A stretch of 64,000 nucleotides of DNA from an uncultured Bacteroidales bacterium (GTDB taxonomy: Bacteria > Bacteroidota > Bacteroidia > Bacteroidales > JAIOZK01), in assembly GCA_964468645.1 (NCBI GenBank), contig CAYXUU010000003.1, forward strand, positions 101,874-165,873, in the 5' to 3' direction. Below the pieces are notes generated by a model. That model did no database searches and was not told the DNA's origin. It saw only the letters and a program-made list of their open reading frames with translations. This document shows positions 47,801-54,983 of this stretch, piece after piece; position 1 is the stretch's first letter; each line of letters begins with the position of its first letter. Both the position numbers and the translations under genes were made by a program.

Positions 47801-48699
47801 TAGTTGAAATCACAGAAAATGTCAAGGTAATAGGAGATACTCCTTTACCAACCAACTGCCCCAAAAAAGAATATGAACTCTATTTCCCATTTGATGAAGA
47901 TAAGGTACTTGACTCACTTGACACTTATGCGGCTTTGGGGTATAAACTAATCGCGGGCAGTATAGCATTATGCATTTTTGAGAAAGAGACAAACGGTGAT
48001 AAGATCTATCCTTTGAAAGTACTTGAGAAGTCGTCGATAGACAAATTTAATGAGCTGGCAAAAGAGAAATGGATCGTTGTGAGTGAACTATTATATACAT
48101 TTTTAATACAGGATATTGATGCTCCACTTTATGAATATACTTACAGCGATGATCTTTCCTATTATGATTTAAGACAATGTGAAAATTTCCTTCCCGGAGG
48201 TGATAATATTAGCGTCTTTAATGAATATGGATCCAGGGGCTGGGAGATAATTGGCATTCCGGGAAAAGCATTATTCAGAAAGAACAAGGATGAAAATATT
48301 ACTTATCAGTATAAGAGTTTCAATATAAATGTTAAAGATTTTACGGAACTGGAACAACTGGGGAAGGAGGGGTGGCAATATGGTGCAATGTTGCATGTCT
48401 CAAATTGTCTTGATGAGCAAATGCCCATCATCCTGAAAAGGCGAACAGACATGGGTGATGTATTCTATTATGACTTTGCCACAGTTGACAAGCCTTCTGA
48501 TATACCATCATTTGTAGCAGTAATGGGAAATCCTGAGAAAGAAAAACAGATGATCGAAGCTTTTAATCCCTTGTACTGGCAATTGAATAAACATGGCCAG
48601 GGGGGCTGGACACTGGCAATGTTTACAAATGCCCATGAAGAATATTTTGGAAAGGATAAAGTGATTATAGTTTTCCAAACACCAGTGTGTAACAGATAG
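44806..48699 (+). CDS. large secreted multidomain protein with PKD-like domains, an internal FISUMP domain and four C-terminal small repeats
   Basis: 1297-aa ORF with a signal peptide. The FISUMP motifs are LIGDQCWMRENL, YCYDN, YGGLYQW, CPEGWHIPS, GYAALPGG and VSVRCIKNG (about nt 45625-46272). It has several PKD-like modules (FRWDLDNDGNWD, FRWDFYGDGKYD) and a C-terminal GW-containing repeat x4. Confidence 0.8.
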   Translation: MKSIITGLILLVISSLLIKESLAQYPDMIVIQNVPEEIAWEIVYQGFNEQNIRLNNYNRQTGIALSNFFTYTSMLIDNRAKYQVKYINGNIEISLVNRQYMSTEGWADNLFPLSKKSKKKFLVPLENIIMKLLEDNPVTNVEEQLPDQSPMNWQDQEQAENQNMSGNEESIGFHPIAIISCYPVSGSTSIDFELSGKNSFDYVTLIQDLKFRWDLDNDGNWDDVWSANTDIKHRFSSNGIHTVRMEVMDTDENIHETTHQILVEDFTPCPDLPTVTYLEQTYNTVLIGDQCWMRENLNAGDMIFQMMDMKNNGKLEKYCYDNYPEFCKKYGGLYQWGELMEYKPGDSTGICPEGWHIPSVDEFDTLFSFLGGINIAGERMKEKGSLFWPAPETIITNHSGYAALPGGKLNSDYRFYGLGTRAYLATTKAILSEDGYIHSVINPNDGQWNDTKIKQDTSFNMFLFKDSMAVEYEKMPVSEGVSVRCIKNGENIPEKPVAKFHYYHPVPYPDHMRKPYNIYRLNPFPSYDMQDPDSELKAKWTIWYWNRERSLLFSEEFNPLKIKEETLEQDHTYLVRLIIKDTDGNTDTTFNFLEVEKNTPPHAILTTPFRGCVDSTQWLPFKAIWSWDREYHFEHLTYSWNYDFIDGEVGNTSDNQSDHIICYGKEVDSDHNYYYQPGSIRHHGQYCLSPDNPDQDFKYDVRYFLEKHSPTYLRKHQIMYLDPFVFGDGRGIEYIPEDTLVVDRSGITIERDLVRQPYMWSTRHRYFESGNYRVRLIVTDPEGLSDTAYAEVCIDSEQEGQKDNAPNPYFEVYPGSGTLCDTFTFDASCSYDTEDPLERLEFCWFLDWSRHKKYPHKDWSKDNMIVKYQYGNFNPLEGTGSYSIRLGVRDTKGKTKYYTREFLEVEYEECNSPPVAAFTINPSIATPNKAVILNASESYDNEDDISLLHFRWDFYGDGKYDTEWSNLQQTQHAYKHTGKYGVKLQVKDSKGDTSHVIHVVEITENVKVIGDTPLPTNCPKKEYELYFPFDEDKVLDSLDTYAALGYKLIAGSIALCIFEKETNGDKIYPLKVLEKSSIDKFNELAKEKWIVVSELLYTFLIQDIDAPLYEYTYSDDLSYYDLRQCENFLPGGDNISVFNEYGSRGWEIIGIPGKALFRKNKDENITYQYKSFNINVKDFTELEQLGKEGWQYGAMLHVSNCLDEQMPIILKRRTDMGDVFYYDFATVDKPSDIPSFVAVMGNPEKEKQMIEAFNPLYWQLNKHGQGGWTLAMFTNAHEEYFGKDKVIIVFQTPVCNR

Positions 48700-48754
48700 G
48701 ATAAATTTATAATGATTTTGATCCAAATTAATTTGCCATGAGACTTCTTTTACC

Positions 48755-49030
48755 TTGTTCATTTCTATTACTGATAATGTCAATTTAGAATTGATCCAGT
48801 ATCCTGGCATCAATGAAAAAAAGTTGCTTATTAATGCTCCCCCTTATTCTACCTGCCTAATCCAACTCCTTAATATTAACGCAAGCCCTATTGAAACTTT
48901 ATTTAATGATATTCTGGTGAATAAAAAGACAGGCATAATTTTCGATAGCCAGAAATTAAACAAAAGTGTATATTTGCTTAAAGCTTTGATTAACCGGAAA
49001 GTTTTCAGTAAAAAAATTGTTGTCCCCTGA
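48755..49030 (+). pseudogene. 3-prime remnant of a C10 peptidase gene (T9SS C-terminal domain only)
   Basis: LIQYPGINEKKLLINAPPYSTCLIQLLNINASPIE...VYLLKALINRKVFSKKIVV aligns with the C-terminus of 60376..61413 (LIQYPGICGCKILVNAPENSNCTIQLLDINGRYLE...VYLLHVLIGSQNYFRKLIV). No catalytic domain lies upstream. Confidence 0.7.
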
Positions 49031-49055
49031 AATCCTTCTCAATGATGAATATTAA

Positions 49056-50822
49056 ATGATGTTAAATACCCGGGTCAGATTCTATATCTTTTTCTACTTG
49101 TTATTCCCGCTTATCCTATTCCCTCAGCAACACATATTTGGCCAGGAACATTTTAATTATACAGCATTTCTTGAATCCATCAGGGATGTCCCGCAAGATT
49201 CCCTGGGTTATTATCTATACAATACCAGTATCAGGTTTGCCGCGGCAGATTCTCTGAATGCTGCCAGTGAACTTCTGAAACACTGTAAAGAGATCGCCGA
49301 AAATCAACATGATAATCTTCTTCTAACAAGATGTATTCTTCAAATCGGTGAAGTATCCAACAACCTTCTTGAATATAACAACTCCTTTGAGGCTTATACA
49401 CAGGCACTGGAATCATCTGTCAGGTTGAAAGATACCGGTTTGATGATAGATGCTATGAATGGTATCGAAAGATACTATTATCAACTGGAAATGATTGACT
49501 CCGCCATTGTGATGTGTTTACGCGAACTTGAGCTTAATAAGATCCGTAAGGATTATACTAAGCTAGCCGATAACTATAGAGCCCTTTACTCCTACCAGCG
49601 ATATACCACGGGGCCAATATTGCTGGAGGGATTCGTTCTTGACGGTTTGATAGATTCTTCATTGAGTGCTGCCCGAAAGTCCAAAGATCCTGAGGTATAC
49701 TGCCATGCCCTGACTAATTTTGGTTTAACAATATTTAACAAGGATAAAGAGCTTGCCTATCAATATATGCATATGGCCATTGACTCGGCAAGAAAACTAC
49801 CCTCACCCTCCCGGGCCCTGGTGTATGCACTTACCAAGGCAAGTATTATATATTTGCAAGATAATAAAATGGACGATGTAAGATCTTTATTAACCGAAGC
49901 CCTGCCCCTGGCCAAAGAAACAGCGTATTATAATCAATTAACGCATATTTATTCTCTTTCAGGTGCTTTGTATCTTTCTGATGATTCGGTTAACAAAGCT
50001 ATCGAATTTTATAACAAAGCAATTGTTCTTGCCGAAAAATACCGGTGCAGATACTATCTTCCAGGAATTTATTATGCACTGTTCAACATTTATCAGACCA
50101 TAGAAGATGTTGACAGTATTTATAAGTTTCAGCGCAAATACATGGAAATATTCAGAAAAAAGCATGACCATGATATGAATCTCCAAATCGCCCGGCTTTC
50201 TGCAAAATACCAGATAGAGCAAAAAACCGAGGCCATCGATAACCTGACCATCATCAATAATCAACGGAAAGTCATAATCAGAAATCAACGCAGATTTATC
50301 ATTGTACTGGTTGTCGCCATTCTTATTACAGCTTTTCTTTTCACATTGCTTTATTATCAATTCAGAAAGGTAAAACGTGCCCACAATAAATTATCCCTTA
50401 ATGCACTTGAAATAAACAGGAAAAACAGGGAAATCATTGAATTAAAAGAGAAAAGAAATCAACAACTGCAAGTTGTTCATGGTGAATTAAAAACCAAACT
50501 GGAGGAATTATTTGAAAAGAAAGAAGTCTACCAGAGAAAAGACCTCACCCTGGCAAAAACCGCAACGATGTTAAAAACCAATACTTCCTATATCTCTGCA
50601 TTGATTAACCAGGATTACCAGTGCAAATTTAACCAGTTCGTCAATAAATACAGAATTCAAAAGGCCTGTGAATTGCTTAGTGACAGAGATATGGATAAAT
50701 ATTCAATTGAGGGTATTGCAGATTTATCAGGTTTTAAGTCCAAATCAGTTTTTAACCAGGCGTTTAAGGAAGCTACAGGTGTCAACCCATCCACTTTCCG
50801 TAAAGCTACTGGCCAACATTAA
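49056..50822 (+). CDS. transmembrane TPR-repeat sensor / AraC-type HTH transcriptional regulator
   Basis: 588-aa ORF with an N-terminal signal or TM segment and a ~380-aa TPR-like helical region. It then has one TM helix (FIIVLVVAILITAFLFTLLYY), a coiled coil and a C-terminal AraC HTH (YISALINQDY...FNQFVNKYRIQKACELL...IADLSGFKSKSVFNQAFKEATGVNPSTFRK). Confidence 0.8.
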   Translation: MMLNTRVRFYIFFYLLFPLILFPQQHIFGQEHFNYTAFLESIRDVPQDSLGYYLYNTSIRFAAADSLNAASELLKHCKEIAENQHDNLLLTRCILQIGEVSNNLLEYNNSFEAYTQALESSVRLKDTGLMIDAMNGIERYYYQLEMIDSAIVMCLRELELNKIRKDYTKLADNYRALYSYQRYTTGPILLEGFVLDGLIDSSLSAARKSKDPEVYCHALTNFGLTIFNKDKELAYQYMHMAIDSARKLPSPSRALVYALTKASIIYLQDNKMDDVRSLLTEALPLAKETAYYNQLTHIYSLSGALYLSDDSVNKAIEFYNKAIVLAEKYRCRYYLPGIYYALFNIYQTIEDVDSIYKFQRKYMEIFRKKHDHDMNLQIARLSAKYQIEQKTEAIDNLTIINNQRKVIIRNQRRFIIVLVVAILITAFLFTLLYYQFRKVKRAHNKLSLNALEINRKNREIIELKEKRNQQLQVVHGELKTKLEELFEKKEVYQRKDLTLAKTATMLKTNTSYISALINQDYQCKFNQFVNKYRIQKACELLSDRDMDKYSIEGIADLSGFKSKSVFNQAFKEATGVNPSTFRKATGQH

Positions 50823-50827
50823 TAATA

Positions 50828-50860
50828 GAACGCGGATGAAGCGGATTTCCGATCGCAAAT
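50828..50860. repeat. solo left arm of the ACGCGGAT-word element
   Basis: GAACGCGGATGAAGCGGATTTCCGATCGCAAAT lies 5 nt after the regulator stop. No matching right arm follows. Confidence 0.6.
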
Positions 50861-50896
50861 AACCTCGAATAAAAAACAATACTAATACAATTTACA

Positions 50897-51028
50897 ATGA
50901 TCCAGCATATCCGGTTTATATTAATAGCAACAATGATCGTTTTTGCTGTAAAAACCACTAATGCACAAATCGTTTCATATACCGACGGCAGGGCATGGAA
51001 CATATATGCAAAAAAAAAGTTAACTTAG
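50897..51028 (+). pseudogene. 5-prime gene remnant resembling the N-terminus of the 1700-aa protein
   Basis: This 43-codon ORF, MIQHIRFILIATMIVFAVKTTNAQIVSYTDGRAWNIYAKKKLT, resembles MKKQIHVCLSLSVFVIYTAFTSHAQITSYPEGGRWDSNTTW at 54984. It ends just after an A9 run (51010-51018). Confidence 0.4.
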
Positions 51029-51048
51029 TGAAGTAATAATATGAGTTC

Positions 51049-52680
51049 ATGATCAAAAGATTTCTGATCTTTTTAATCCTGGTTGCAATTGTCATAGCCT
51101 GTAACAAAGACGATGATAATGTTCCTGATATAGGGGAAATACAATTTAATGCTACTATAATTGATAGTATTTCGTATAAAACGATTATTGTTACTACCTC
51201 TTTGATCAAATCAGGAGGTGTTGAAATATTACAACACGGACATTGCTGGAGTACTAGCCTGGGACCAACCATTAATGATCAGAAAACAAGTCTTGGCAAA
51301 TTGTCTTCACTTGTGAATTTTTCGAGCAAACTCACAGGTCTGACCGAAAATACAACATACTACATCAGGGCATATTTCAGTACAAATAATGAAACATTAT
51401 ATGCCGAAGAAGTCAGTGCCACAACACTAAAAACGGGTATCCCCAGGGTAACTACTTCGGATATTTCTAACCTCAGCTACAATGCTGTTACTACGGGCGG
51501 AATTGTTGTTAGCGATAGCGGCCTAACAATAACATCACGGGGGGTCTGCTGGAATACTTCAGGCAATCCAACTCTTGATAATTATGATGGTATTACCAGC
51601 GATAGTTCCGGTACCGGCTCATTTGTCAGTCAAATAACAGGATTGGTTGAATCAACTACATATTATTTCAGAGCATATGCCAGCAATGATAAAGGGACCG
51701 GATATGGTGAAGTAGTAAACTGTATAACACCAGTATTGGAACTGCCACAGCTTATTACCATGGAACCCAATTATATTTCATATACGGAAGCCCGGTGCGG
51801 AGGGAAAGTGGTTTCAAACGGTAACGCAGAAATAGCTGCCCGTGGCGTGTGCTGGGATACAACAGGCAATCCCACACTTGAGAATAATATAGGGATGGCT
51901 ATGATCGGACACGGTTCTGGAGAGTTCTCAAAACTCATTACCGGGCTAACAGAAAATACAACATATTATGTTAGTGCTTTTGCAACCAATATTAAAGGTA
52001 CATCCTATGGCGAAGCGGTTTCGTTTAACACCCTCAACGACCCCTGTGATGGAGACACATCATTTAACCATATGGGTCAGGAATATAAAATAGTAATAGT
52101 CGGTACCCAATGCTGGATGGCAGAAAACATAAATGCCGGCCAGCGGATAGAAGGATATCTGGCTATGGAAGATAACGGTGTAGTGGAAAAGTATTGCTAT
52201 AATGACGATGAAGATTATTGCAATTTGTACGGAGGCCTTTATCAGTGGAATGAAATGATGCAGTATGAGAATGATGAGATGGCACAGGGCATTTGCCCTG
52301 ATGGCTGGCATATCCCCACAGATGATGAATGGAAAGTGCTGGAAGGAAATGCTGACTGCTGTTATGGTGTTGGAAATGAAGAATGGAACAAAGTAGGTGC
52401 ACGTGGTGTTGATGCAGGACATCATCTCAAATCAATCAGTGGCTGGAACTCGAACGGAAACGGATCTGACCTGCTTGGTTTTAATGCACTGCCGGCCGGC
52501 TACAGGGACGGAAATGGTTCTTTTAAAGATGCCGGCGATTACACATGTTTCCTCACCTCTACCGAATACGATGATGATAACACCTGGAGACGCTTTATTT
52601 ATTATCCCTATACTGTTGTCTTCAGAAACGAAATCGGTAAATACTCCGGCAGATCTGTCCGGTGCCTGAAAAATTATTAA
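51049..52680 (+). CDS. FISUMP-domain lipoprotein with four Ig/FN3-like repeats
   Basis: 543-aa ORF with lipobox VIAC. It has four repeats of the (H/R)G(H/V)CW(S/N/D)T...GL(T/V)E(N/S)TTYY(I/F/V)(R/S)A(Y/F) type. The C-terminal FISUMP domain reads GTQCWMAENI, YCYNDDEDYC, YGGLYQW, CPDGWHIPT, GFNALPAGYR, SVRCLKNY. Confidence 0.85.
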   Translation: MIKRFLIFLILVAIVIACNKDDDNVPDIGEIQFNATIIDSISYKTIIVTTSLIKSGGVEILQHGHCWSTSLGPTINDQKTSLGKLSSLVNFSSKLTGLTENTTYYIRAYFSTNNETLYAEEVSATTLKTGIPRVTTSDISNLSYNAVTTGGIVVSDSGLTITSRGVCWNTSGNPTLDNYDGITSDSSGTGSFVSQITGLVESTTYYFRAYASNDKGTGYGEVVNCITPVLELPQLITMEPNYISYTEARCGGKVVSNGNAEIAARGVCWDTTGNPTLENNIGMAMIGHGSGEFSKLITGLTENTTYYVSAFATNIKGTSYGEAVSFNTLNDPCDGDTSFNHMGQEYKIVIVGTQCWMAENINAGQRIEGYLAMEDNGVVEKYCYNDDEDYCNLYGGLYQWNEMMQYENDEMAQGICPDGWHIPTDDEWKVLEGNADCCYGVGNEEWNKVGARGVDAGHHLKSISGWNSNGNGSDLLGFNALPAGYRDGNGSFKDAGDYTCFLTSTEYDDDNTWRRFIYYPYTVVFRNEIGKYSGRSVRCLKNY

Positions 52681-52707
52681 ACCCATGGATATAATCCTGA
52701 ATAATTT

Positions 52708-52923
52708 CTAACCTGCATTATTCACATGTTTTTGTAAGGCACTTAAATCAGTGAGTCTATGATTTTGTAATTAAAATCATTTAGCCGAACTGATCCTGAG
52801 CGATAGTCGAAGGATCTCATGGGTTCTATTCCCCGTCTCGCAAAAGGCGAGAGCGACTCAACATAAAGTTCCTTATGGATATCCCGTTGCTCTGCGGCGG
52901 GGTAGTTCATTAATGCAGGTTAG
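52708..52923. mobile_element. MITE-like 216-bp element with perfect 13-bp terminal inverted repeats
   Basis: CTAACCTGCATTA (52708-52720) pairs with TAATGCAGGTTAG (52911-52923). The interior contains the hairpin GATCCTGAGCGATAGTCGAAGGATC and a GGTAGTTCATT motif that also occurs, inverted, at 29323-29357. It has no coding capacity. Confidence 0.5.
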
Positions 52924-53083
52924 CCCCGACTTAGAAAAGCTTATGATTTGAAAACGAAATGCATCAAATTATTAGCTTTTCTTTGTCGTCAGAATAATTC
53001 ACACCACCTTGCTTTTTGTTTGTGAATTATTCGGGCTAAATACTTACCAATTGAATATCGTTATATGATATTGTTGATTCGTC

Positions 53084-53121
53084 CTGATTCATAAATCCGT
53101 ATATATAAAACTTGATTTCCG
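53084..53121 (+). promoter_or_regulatory. conserved 38-bp upstream block, cassette B copy
   Basis: CTGATTCATAAATCCGTATATATAAAACTTGATTTCCG lies 70 bp upstream of the ATG at 53191. Confidence 0.45.
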
Positions 53122-53190
53122 CTATTTCCAATCATATATTTATCACGAATTGACAGATGTTGGTAAAAAAAACCCTAAAAATCAAACATC

Positions 53191-53829
53191 ATGAAAAAAA
53201 CAATCAACCTTTTATGTTTACTTCCGGGGAGTTTAATATTTATCATTTTTATATCAGGTTGCAGTAGCAATGGCTCAGGCAGTACCAATGAAGTTCTCGG
53301 AAAATTGCCAGGTTTGGCAGAAAATTACAAGAAGGAAGTCGCTAACCTTGAACTGAAACTTGCAGAATGTGCCGACATGGAAAAAGCTTTTAAACTGGAT
53401 GCGGAAAAAGAAAATCTCAAGGACAAAGCAAACCAGGCTATTGATGAATACCTTACTGAAAATCCGATCATGGATGTACCATTTGAACAAAAAGCAGATT
53501 ACCTGTTTACTTTCAAAAGGGTATGGGTAGAAAGCTCGGGTTACAGCAGGATCAATTTTAATGCACTGGTTAATATTAATGAAGACATATTGAACAATTT
53601 TGGAAACCCTCCGGGATTTGCACGCAACTTCTTCGCCTATTTCATTGCGATAGATAAAGAAGGAAATCCACTTACCCCTAAGGCAGGTGTGATGATGAAC
53701 CTTGGTAAAAGCCCGTTCAAGGCCGGAATGGAAACAGAAGTCTATGGTTCCCTGGATGGGCCGGCCGACCTGCAAAATTTTCACCAACTTGTTTTTATCA
53801 ATAAAGAGGAATATGACAATCCGCAATAA
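53191..53829 (+). CDS. lipoprotein, unknown family (paralog of 41475..42116)
   Basis: 212-aa ORF with lipobox ISGC and the same conserved blocks and EEYDNPQ C-terminus as the cassette A paralog. Confidence 0.75.
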   Translation: MKKTINLLCLLPGSLIFIIFISGCSSNGSGSTNEVLGKLPGLAENYKKEVANLELKLAECADMEKAFKLDAEKENLKDKANQAIDEYLTENPIMDVPFEQKADYLFTFKRVWVESSGYSRINFNALVNINEDILNNFGNPPGFARNFFAYFIAIDKEGNPLTPKAGVMMNLGKSPFKAGMETEVYGSLDGPADLQNFHQLVFINKEEYDNPQ

Positions 53830-53873
53830 TCATGAGGAATTTCATCATTAAAATCTTTTAAAATATTAATAAC

Positions 53874-54968
53874 ATGGAAAATAAAGAAACAATAAAATCG
53901 GTAACTTTTATTATCGCAGGGGCTTTGCTCCAGATATTCAATGGCGTTGGTGGCGGCTGGGCCGCGCCTGTTGTGTCAATCTTCGGGCTTATCCTGTTTT
54001 TCATCGGATTAAAAAAACTGAAAGATGGATTGGATCCTGCAGGTCAACGTGCCGTAAGTATGCTGATCATCGCTGCGATTGTCGGTTTCGTTGGACTGAT
54101 CATCGACCTTATTCCCCTTGTTGGCTGGCTGGCCATTATCATATTAATGTTGGCTTTCATTATTGAACTGGTTGGTTTTCTCAGGCTGAAAGCATCGGAA
54201 ACAATCGGGGATAAAGGCAAAAGCGGAGCTGGATTACTTGTCATCTCCATGGTACTTGTGGTCATCGCTGCTTTATTCTGGTTTATCCCTGTCGTTGGTG
54301 GTATTATTTCATCCATATTATCCCTTGCTGCACTTTTTCTGGTATTCTATGGATGGCAGCGGATTCAATCGGGGATTATTGGTGATAAAGTACCTGTAAT
54401 AACTTCCATTACGCTAATACTCACAGGTACCTTGCTTTTGCTCTGTAATACTGCAACCAGTGGTTGGGCGCCGGCTATCGCCGCTATCTTTGGATTATAC
54501 CTGGTTTTTAAAGGTTACAAACAATTACATGACCATGTGGATGCTATCGGGCAGAGTGCCGTTAAGCTGCTGGTAATCTCCATCATCATAGGGATAGCAG
54601 CCTCGGCCATGGACTTTGTTGCCTCATTAATCAGTATCGGATCGGGTGATGTTACCGGTTTGATAACATCGGATCCGGGTGTGTTCGATTATATTATCAG
54701 TATAGCCTTTGTTACGGTTTTCGTGGTGCAGTTTATTGGCTTTCTGAAACTGAAAGGGTCAACTTCGATTGGAGAGGCGGGAAAAACAGGTGTTGTCTTT
54801 TTGCTGGTTTCCATGATCGTTGCAGTTGTTGCAAGCATCATTGAAATGGTTCCCTTTAGCGGTGTCATCACACCCGTTTTTGCCATTATCGGCCTGATCC
54901 TGATCTTCTTTGGATGGCTTAAAGTGCAGGATGGGCTTATTAAAGAAAGTTCGGCATCTGATAAATAA
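53874..54968 (+). CDS. polytopic membrane protein with internal duplication
   Basis: 364-aa ORF whose two ~170-aa halves share G(G)WA(A)P..(S/A)IFGL.L.F.G.K.L.D..D..GQ.AV.(M/L)L(I/V)I and F(L/I)(R/K)LK(A/G)S.(T/S)IG(D/E).GK(S/T)G. Confidence 0.75.
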   Translation: MENKETIKSVTFIIAGALLQIFNGVGGGWAAPVVSIFGLILFFIGLKKLKDGLDPAGQRAVSMLIIAAIVGFVGLIIDLIPLVGWLAIIILMLAFIIELVGFLRLKASETIGDKGKSGAGLLVISMVLVVIAALFWFIPVVGGIISSILSLAALFLVFYGWQRIQSGIIGDKVPVITSITLILTGTLLLLCNTATSGWAPAIAAIFGLYLVFKGYKQLHDHVDAIGQSAVKLLVISIIIGIAASAMDFVASLISIGSGDVTGLITSDPGVFDYIISIAFVTVFVVQFIGFLKLKGSTSIGEAGKTGVVFLLVSMIVAVVASIIEMVPFSGVITPVFAIIGLILIFFGWLKVQDGLIKESSASDK

Positions 54969-54983
54969 AAAGGTAAACAACTT

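Noticed and set aside
51049-52680. Diversity-generating retroelement targeting the FISUMP C-termini. These lectin-like ends (...WSST...SVRC(L/I)K) resemble DGR variable regions.
   Set aside because: There is no reverse transcriptase gene and no non-coding template repeat in the window. Nucleotide differences between the paralogous C-termini (40150-40285 versus 52540-52680) affect all four bases rather than being adenine-specific.
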